This document shows, piece after piece, positions 38,074 to 44,326 of a stretch of DNA of 44,326 bases (position 1 is its first letter; every line of letters starts with the position of its first letter). Location of the stretch: NCBI GenBank assembly GCA_020725675.1, contig DYEP01000186.1, forward strand, positions 1-44,326, given 5' to 3'. The notes beneath the pieces were generated by a model, which made no database searches, was not told the origin of the DNA, and saw only the letters and a list, made by a program, of their open reading frames with translations. The DNA comes from Symbiobacterium sp. (GTDB lineage Bacteria; Bacillota; Sulfobacillia; DUSP01; DYEP01). The translations under genes and the position numbers were made by a program.

Positions 38074-39393
38074 CTAAGCGCGCCTGCGCCGGGCCATGAT
38101 CTCGGCCTTGGCGTTGCGGAAGAATTGGACTAACGGTCTCCTTGATGGGCACACGTACGCGCACGCGCCACACTCAAAGCAATCCAGAACATCAAACTTC
38201 TCGGCTTTGTCGTAGTTGTGCGCTTCTGCGTACATACCGATGAAGTTTGGCAAAAGGAACATGGGGCATGCCTTCACACACTTGCCGCATCGCACGCAGT
38301 TGTGCCATTTCGCTTCAGATACCATCGACTCAGGAAGAGCGACGATGCCGCTTGTTCCCTTAACAACCGGTACATCCAGGCTTGACTGAGCCCACCCGGT
38401 CATGGGACCTCCCATAATTACCTTCCTCGGCGTCTGGGAGAACCCCCCGCACTGCTCCAGCACATGAGACACGGGCGTTCCTATCCGTATCTTCAGGTTT
38501 TTGGGTTGCGCTATGCACGGGCCCGTCACAGTCAGTACTCTCTCGAACAATGGTTTACCCAGGGTTACCGCTTCAGCAATGGCCACCGCAGTACCCACAT
38601 TCTGAACCAGCGCACCCACCTCGCTGGGCAGCTTGCCGGGAGGAACTCGCCTGTCCAGGACCGCCTTGATTAGCTGTTTCTCTGCGCCTTCCGGGTACTT
38701 TACTTCAAGCGGCACCACTTCCATGTCTTGCTCTTCACCAGCTACTTCCTGCATGACCCGGATGGCGTCGGGTTTATTTGTTTCAATCCCGATGTAAACC
38801 TTGGATGCGCCCACCGCCTTTCGCGCGATATTGGCCCCAAGCACCACATCCTGAGGTCTCTCCAGCATGATCCTATGGTCGCAAGTGAGGTAGGGCTCGC
38901 ACTCGCAGCCATTGATGATCACGCTGTCGATGGGCTTGTTCTTAGGAGGAGTCAGCTTTACGTGAGTCGGGAACGCGGCGCCACCAAGCCCTACCACGCC
39001 CGCTTGCCTCACTGCCTGGCGGATATCTTCCACGTTGATATCCCTGTAATCCAGCGGGTCCTGGTCAGGTACCCAGACCTGATCCCCTTCCACTTCAATC
39101 ACGACGCTCAGCACGCGCGTGTTGTTGAAATATGGGAGCGGTTCGATGGCGACCACGTGACCGGCCACGCTGGAATGAACAGGTGCCGAGATGAACGCGT
39201 CGGAGTCTCCGATCACCTGTCCGACCGTCACGCTTTCCCCCACATTCACCTTGGGTGTGCACGGTGCTCCCGTGTGCTGATGAAGGGGGATTATCACTTG
39301 CTGCGGCAGATCGATCTGCTCTACAGGCAGGGAGTTGGTTTGCTCTTTGTACTCGGGGGGATGAATGCCCCCTGCAAAAGTCCTTGTAGCCAC
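38074..39393 (-). CDS. rnfC: RnfC family NADH/FMN-binding iron-sulfur subunit
   Basis: FAGGIHP, GVVGLGGAAFPTHVK, NGCECEPY, GGPM, two CxxCxxCxxxCP ferredoxin motifs. Confidence 0.94.
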   Translation of the reverse strand: MATRTFAGGIHPPEYKEQTNSLPVEQIDLPQQVIIPLHQHTGAPCTPKVNVGESVTVGQVIGDSDAFISAPVHSSVAGHVVAIEPLPYFNNTRVLSVVIEVEGDQVWVPDQDPLDYRDINVEDIRQAVRQAGVVGLGGAAFPTHVKLTPPKNKPIDSVIINGCECEPYLTCDHRIMLERPQDVVLGANIARKAVGASKVYIGIETNKPDAIRVMQEVAGEEQDMEVVPLEVKYPEGAEKQLIKAVLDRRVPPGKLPSEVGALVQNVGTAVAIAEAVTLGKPLFERVLTVTGPCIAQPKNLKIRIGTPVSHVLEQCGGFSQTPRKVIMGGPMTGWAQSSLDVPVVKGTSGIVALPESMVSEAKWHNCVRCGKCVKACPMFLLPNFIGMYAEAHNYDKAEKFDVLDCFECGACAYVCPSRRPLVQFFRNAKAEIMARRRRA

Positions 39394-39394
39394 G

Positions 39395-40174
39395 TTAATC
39401 CCCCCTCACTGTCTCTTGAGGCTGGTTTTGCCGGGTGCGGAACCTATTGGCGACCAATCCGAGAAATACGCCAAGCACCGCGAGGGCACGTACGGGTTTG
39501 AACGCGGTGCCCCAGACATATGCTGACATAGGTACCTTCGGCGAATCGGGCAACCCGTAAGCGGACGGCCGATCTCTGAGCACGTAAAAGACACCGAGAC
39601 CTCCCATCTCTTCAAGGCCGTAGACCCTTGCATCTCTGTATCCCGCCGCGCGGAGGTTGTTTACTCTCTTTTCTGCCTCGAGCATGAGTACGCGTCTTTC
39701 GCCGTACTGGAGTGCGCCTGTGGGACACGCCTTGACACATGCGGGTGAGAGCCCGTCGACGATGCGGTTGTAGCAGAAGTTACACTTCTTCATGGCGTTC
39801 TCTTTATGGTCGTAGCGGGGCACCGCAAATGGGCAGTTTGCTGCGCAGTAGTTGCACCCAATGCACCTGCGGTTATCGATGAGCACAGTGCCCATTTCGG
39901 TGCGGTGCGTAGCGCCGCTTGGGCAAACCGATATGCATGCAGCCTCTGTACAGTGCATGCACTGTGATTTCGCAAATAACCACTGTACTTCTCCGTTAAC
40001 TCTATGCTCCCGGAAATGCACCCGGGTCCAGGTATCATGCATGAACTTGGAAGGGTTTTCATATGTCCCCCCAAATTCTGTATTCTCAGCAGGCAGCTGG
40101 TTCCACTGTTTGCACGCGACCTGGCAAGCTCGACAGCCTATGCATTTAGTCGTATCTATGCATACCGCTCTCAC
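39395..40174 (-). CDS. Formate dehydrogenase iron-sulfur (beta) subunit with C-terminal membrane anchor (FdnH-like)
   Basis: Four [4Fe-4S] Cys groups (CIGCRACQVAC, CMHC, CIGCNYCAANCP, CNFC...CVKACP); hydrophobic C-terminal helix. Confidence 0.92.
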   Translation of the reverse strand: MRAVCIDTTKCIGCRACQVACKQWNQLPAENTEFGGTYENPSKFMHDTWTRVHFREHRVNGEVQWLFAKSQCMHCTEAACISVCPSGATHRTEMGTVLIDNRRCIGCNYCAANCPFAVPRYDHKENAMKKCNFCYNRIVDGLSPACVKACPTGALQYGERRVLMLEAEKRVNNLRAAGYRDARVYGLEEMGGLGVFYVLRDRPSAYGLPDSPKVPMSAYVWGTAFKPVRALAVLGVFLGLVANRFRTRQNQPQETVRGD

Positions 40175-43100
40175 TTACATCACCTTCCTTATGTCGCACA
40201 GGAACACCTTGTACTCCGGTATCATGGTATTGGCATCACCGATATGGGCGGTAAGGAGGTTCGCTGCGTAGTTCTTGCTGCGGTCCTTCCCACCGGTGAC
40301 AAAACCGTTGAAACCGTAGTGCCAGGGCATTCCTACCAGTTCGTAGAACAAGCCACCCACCTTGAGAGCCTTGATTCGTTCTGTGATGCAGACCTTCGCA
40401 TACACCTCGCCGCGCGGGCTTACCACTTTCACCAGTTCGCCAGGTTTCAACCCTCGCGCTTTCGCCAGCTCGGGGCTGATCTCTACGAACATCTCGGGCA
40501 TGAGTTCGGCAAGCCACGGGAGGTTTCTGGTCATGGCCCCCGCCTGCCAGTGCTCGGTTACCCTGTAGGTGGTACCGATGAGCGGGTAGTCGGCCGAGCC
40601 GATGGCGGCTCTTGGGTTCATATCCCCTGACCAGATCTTGATCACGGGGTTGATCTGCTGAGATGACAGCATGTTCTTCACGGGGCTCTCGAAGGGTTCG
40701 TAGTGTTCAGGGAACGGACCGTCCGCGGTCCCATCGGCGAAAATGCAGCCTAAGCCCTCCACACGCATAATGAAAGGAGACTTGGCGGATACCTCTGGCC
40801 TTACATGACTGCCTGTGGCCGTCCTGAACACGAAATCAGGCACGTCGTAGGTAATCCACTGTTGACGTTCTTCATCCCACTGGACCAGCGCTTTTTGGGC
40901 GTTCCACGGAGTTCCGTTCACATCGCAGGAGGCCCTGTTATAAAGGATTCGCCTGTTGATTGGCCAGCACCAGGACCACCGCGGGTGGAGGCCAAGCCCC
41001 GACGGGTCTGAGTCATCTCTGCGCGCTGCCATGTTCCCTTCCTCGGTATACCAGCCGGAATAGATCCAGCAGCCACAAGAGGTCGAACCGTCGTCCTTTA
41101 GTGAAGCGAAGCTGGGCAATAGCCTGTGGGTAGTCAGGTCATAACCGTTTATTTCCTTCGCCACGAGGTGTACATCGGGGTGGTCCACGGAGCCGTAGTT
41201 CCACGTCAGGTCGAGAATCGGGCGGTCCTTGATGGACGTACTTCCCTGATACTTGTCTCTAATGGCTTTATACAGCAAAGATACTATTTCAAGGTCCGAC
41301 TTGGCATCCCCGGGGGGCTCAACCGCTTTATAACGCCACTGCGCCCACCGACCGCTGTTGGAGACGCTGCCCTCTTTCTCGAACGAAGCCGCTGCAGGAA
41401 GGAGGAATACTTCCGTCTTTATATCAGCAGGGTTTACCCCGGGTCTCTTCCAGAACACGGCCGTATCGGTTTCCCACAGGTCGACTGCTACCATCCAGTC
41501 CAGATTCTCAAGCGCTTTTGCTTCCTTGTTGGCGTTAGGACCGCCTACGCACGGGTTCTGACCCCAGAGAAACAGGCCCTTGATAACCCCTTCATACATG
41601 GCCTCGAATAGAGAGATGAAGGAGTAGTTGCCGCCTGCCTTCGGCAGGTAATCGTAGCAGAAGTCGTTTGCAGCTGTAGCCTTGTCGCCAAAAAAGGCCT
41701 TCATAAGCGATATGAAGAATTTGGGGAAGTTCTTCCAGTAGTTGACGCTGTCCGGATCGGCAGTCGTCGGGGTGCTGTTTTTCAGATACGTGGCCAAATC
41801 CCTGTCGGTGGCTACTGGGTAGCGCAGGTAGCCTGGAAGTATGTGGAACAGAAGCGCAAAGTCCGTCGACCCTTGGACGTTGGATTCCCCTCTCATCGCG
41901 TTCACGCCACCACCAGGGATACCGACGTTGCCCAGCAAGAGCTGGAGTATGGCATATGCCCGCACGTTCTGAGTACCTACGGTGTGCTGGGTGGTACCCA
42001 TGGCATACATGATTGTGCCGGCCTTCCCGGGCTGACTTGTGGCCGAGTAAGTCTCAGCGACCTTCAAGAACAGGTCCTTTGGGGCACCTGTTATGCGGGA
42101 CACGGTATCAGAGTCATACCGCGAGTAGTGGCGTTTTAAGAGTTGGAATACGCAGTTGGGGTCAGACAGCGTTTTATCACGCTTGGGTACTCCGTTTTCG
42201 TCCAGCTGGTAGACCCAGGAGGACTTGTTGTATGACCTTGTGCTCGGGTTGTAGCCCGAAAACAGGCCGTCATGGAACGAGAATTCGGGACTGACGAGAA
42301 AGGAGGCATTGGTGTATTCCACAACATACTCCCGGTTGAACAGGTTGTTATCCAGGATGTACTTGATCATGCCTCCGATGAAAGCAATATCGGTACCGGG
42401 CCGCAGTGGGCAGTACAAGTCAGCCTGCGACGCGGTGCGTGTGAACCGGGGATCGACCACTACCAGTTTGGCTCCGCGCTCCTTGGCTTTCAGCACCCAT
42501 TTCATAGAAATGGGGTGATTCTCCGCAGGATTGCTCCCGATTACGAGGAAGCAGTCGGAGTTGCGCAGATCGATCCAGTGATTTGTCATAGCTCCTCTAC
42601 CGAATGTGGGCGCCAGACCGGCGACCGTAGCGGAGTGTCATATACGTGCCTGGTGTTCGAGATATACCACGCCCAGAGCACGAAAAAGTTTGGAAATGAG
42701 GTAGCACTCCTCGTTGTCGAGGGCGGCACCACCTAACGATGCGATCGCTTCAGTGCGGTTTACGAGGTTACCCTGAGCATCACGGAGTATCCAATGAGCG
42801 TCACGGGTCTTCTTTACGTTTTCCGCGATCTTATTCAGCGCCCATGCCCAGTCCTTTTCCTCCCACCGGTCGCTACCTGGGGCACGATACTGGACCTTGG
42901 TCAAGCGAAGCTCATTGTTCGCTACCTGATACAGTGCGCTGCCTTTGCTGCAGAGAGAACCCTTGTTAATGGGATGGTCGGGGTCGCCTTCAGTGTTGAC
43001 GACTTTTCCCTTTTCGCTGTGAACGATGATCCCGCATCCGACTGAGCAGTACGGGCAAATGGTGGAGGTTTCCTTGGCATACCGGACCCGCGATGGTTCC

Positions 43101-43198
43101 ACCGCATGGGCTACCGCATTTACTCCCAGGGTCGACAGGGAGGCGGCGGCTATTCCCGCCCCGGATGCCTTCAAAAATTGCCTCCGAGAGATCTTCAT
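40175..43198 (-). CDS. fdnG: Selenocysteine-containing formate dehydrogenase alpha subunit, Tat-exported (1007 aa, Sec187)
   Basis: ORFs 42638-43198 and 40175-42589 are in frame across one TGA (HQARI-U-HSATV). Tat motif SRRQFLK, CPYCSVGC...C cluster, RGESNVQG, molybdopterin-dinucleotide-binding C-terminus. Confidence 0.95.
42609..42626 (-). promoter_or_regulatory. Bacterial SECIS element
   Basis: GGUCGCCGGUCUGGCGCC starts exactly 11 nt after the UGA. It has a bulged U and an apical GU, like the E. coli fdhF minimal SECIS. Confidence 0.9.
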
Positions 43199-43227
43199 TG
43201 ATTGTGTTCACCTCTCCAAGACAGCTG

Positions 43228-43995
43228 TTATTCAGTTGTGTTGAACACTGCGAAGTACAGCGTTCTCGCGGCCTGAGAGCACTTTTGAAACCCCTCGCGT
43301 TCCGCTGCCAAATCGAGACCTATTGTCAAGAGGTCTTTCAGCGGTAAAAAGGTTTCACCGGCATCAGAAAACACAAAGGTCTTAATGTACGTATTGCACT
43401 CATGACATACTTGCACGCGGCTTGACCGGTCCCCAGGAGGATAAAAGTAACCGAGACGATCCTGCTTGTTGTTGCCACAATTCGGGCAGGTAAGCCTGGG
43501 GAAGGCCCATGAATGACCGCACAGCCAGCAGTGCAGATGCCGGGCGCCACCTTCATCAATCGTGGCCAAATATGGCTTTTGGCCGCAAACGGGGCATGCG
43601 TCCCCCGAATCCGGTGCATCTATCACCTCCTTCCTGAAGGCGTGGAAATATGGCACTAACGCCAGCATGATACAAGAGTCCGCAAGTGCTTCATCCGGGC
43701 CGTGGCATGATCCTTCCGACAAGAGTTGCCGAATCCTCATGGGTTTTACGTCTATATACTGGCTTACAGAGCACGCATTTGCGATAGAATTCACAAGCTC
43801 TCGAAAAGAGGGTTCGGGGATCTGATTGAGCGGGTCGTCACTGGTATTCATGACGCCATGCGCGCCCAAAAACACCCGCTCTTGCAGCCGGTACACCTCG
43901 GCATATCTGGCAAGATACGGTGCTTTTGCCTTCTCTTTGTTCAGGCGGTCACGAACTAGCCGATTAAAAAAACCATCGAACCCGTCATCAAACAT
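43228..43995 (-). CDS. fdhE: Formate dehydrogenase accessory protein FdhE
   Basis: CPVCG, CWLC, CPNCG and CHEC..Y.K motifs, LD..AEREG tail; ATG 43995 behind GAGGTG. Confidence 0.9.
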   Translation of the reverse strand: MFDDGFDGFFNRLVRDRLNKEKAKAPYLARYAEVYRLQERVFLGAHGVMNTSDDPLNQIPEPSFRELVNSIANACSVSQYIDVKPMRIRQLLSEGSCHGPDEALADSCIMLALVPYFHAFRKEVIDAPDSGDACPVCGQKPYLATIDEGGARHLHCWLCGHSWAFPRLTCPNCGNNKQDRLGYFYPPGDRSSRVQVCHECNTYIKTFVFSDAGETFLPLKDLLTIGLDLAAEREGFQKCSQAARTLYFAVFNTTE

Positions 43996-44187
43996 GAATC
44001 CCACCTCTTAACACTTTCTTCTACACAACTTTGCATTTCCCTTCCCAAATATTGCAGAATTCCAACAGAGTATAGGGGTAAAACAACAAAAACAACACCT
44101 GACCAGGTATATCCTAAACAAACGGCCCGAAAGACGCAAAAATAAGAAAATTGCCAAAACGTACTATTGGTTTGAACCAAAGGTTCC

Positions 44188-44326
44188 TGTCAAGGGACAG
44201 TGAAAATGTCACCCCCAAAACGCCTTAACGGGACAGAGAAAATGTCACCCCCTTAAGTAGCGGGTAAGAGATTATCGTGGGGCAAAGAGATCGCTTTTTT
44301 AGGCGGGTTAATGGGTATACGCCGCC
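44188..44326. mobile_element. Terminal region of a probable IS21-family element, truncated by the window edge
   Basis: Begins TGTCAA and carries two internal 23-bp direct repeats; TG termini with reiterated transposase-binding repeats are IS21 hallmarks. No transposase is visible. Confidence 0.65.
44194..44252 (+). repeat. 23-bp direct repeat, two copies, 36-bp period
   Basis: GGGACAGTGAAAATGTCACCCCC (44194-44216) and GGGACAGAGAAAATGTCACCCCC (44230-44252), one mismatch. Confidence 0.95.

Noticed and set aside
38728-39501. Long alternative-frame ORFs (e.g. 38728-39501, 12427-13242, 40004-40630)
   Set aside because: They are shadow ORFs over well-supported genes, as expected in GC-rich DNA.
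42587-43198. Formate dehydrogenase alpha as a split gene or pseudogene
   Set aside because: The single TGA is in frame, at the catalytic Sec position, and followed by a SECIS.
44194-44252. CRISPR array
   Set aside because: Only two 23-bp copies with a 13-bp spacer, no cas genes, and the context matches an IS21-type end.
1-44326. Whole window as a composite transposon or genomic island
   Set aside because: The two ends resemble different IS families and the content is ordinary chromosomal genes. Assembly breaks at repeats explain it better.
1-44326. tRNA, rRNA or other structured ncRNA genes
   Set aside because: None recognised by eye, and intergenic gaps are short. An Infernal/Rfam scan would be needed to exclude small RNAs, for example in 30994-31207 or 33694-33816.

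Overview
A 44.3 kb chromosomal segment from a moderately GC-rich anaerobic Bacillota (Clostridia-like) organism. The lineage is inferred from GGAGG RBSs, sigma-H-like promoters, DegV, DUF1540 and a lipoprotein solute-binding protein. Both ends look like insertion-sequence ends: ISLre2-like at 1-177 and IS21-like from 44188. The left half is mostly housekeeping and envelope genes: tatA-tatC, a GNAT, two EamA transporters, a two-component system whose sensor carries a CxxCH heme-c motif, a TPP enzyme, mdh, degV-fur-feoB-feoA, an OGG glycosylase, ArsR, a second two-component system with a Spy/CpxP-like gene, a degenerate MNT-HEPN pair, an L,D-transpeptidase and a beta-propeller lipoprotein. The middle is a nitrogen-catabolism-like cluster: tandem nitrilase, stand-alone pyrB, aroM, iclR, a Liv-type ABC importer, carbamate kinase, a dihydropyrimidinase/hydantoinase, hutH and hutU. 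The right end is the most striking part: a tight operon fdhE-fdhA-fdhB-rnfC-rnfD. It encodes a Tat-exported selenocysteine formate dehydrogenase (in-frame TGA plus SECIS) with no cytochrome b subunit, followed by only the C and D subunits of Rnf. This suggests a little-studied transmembrane formate:NAD+ oxidoreductase. All calls come from motif recognition by eye; no database searches were run.
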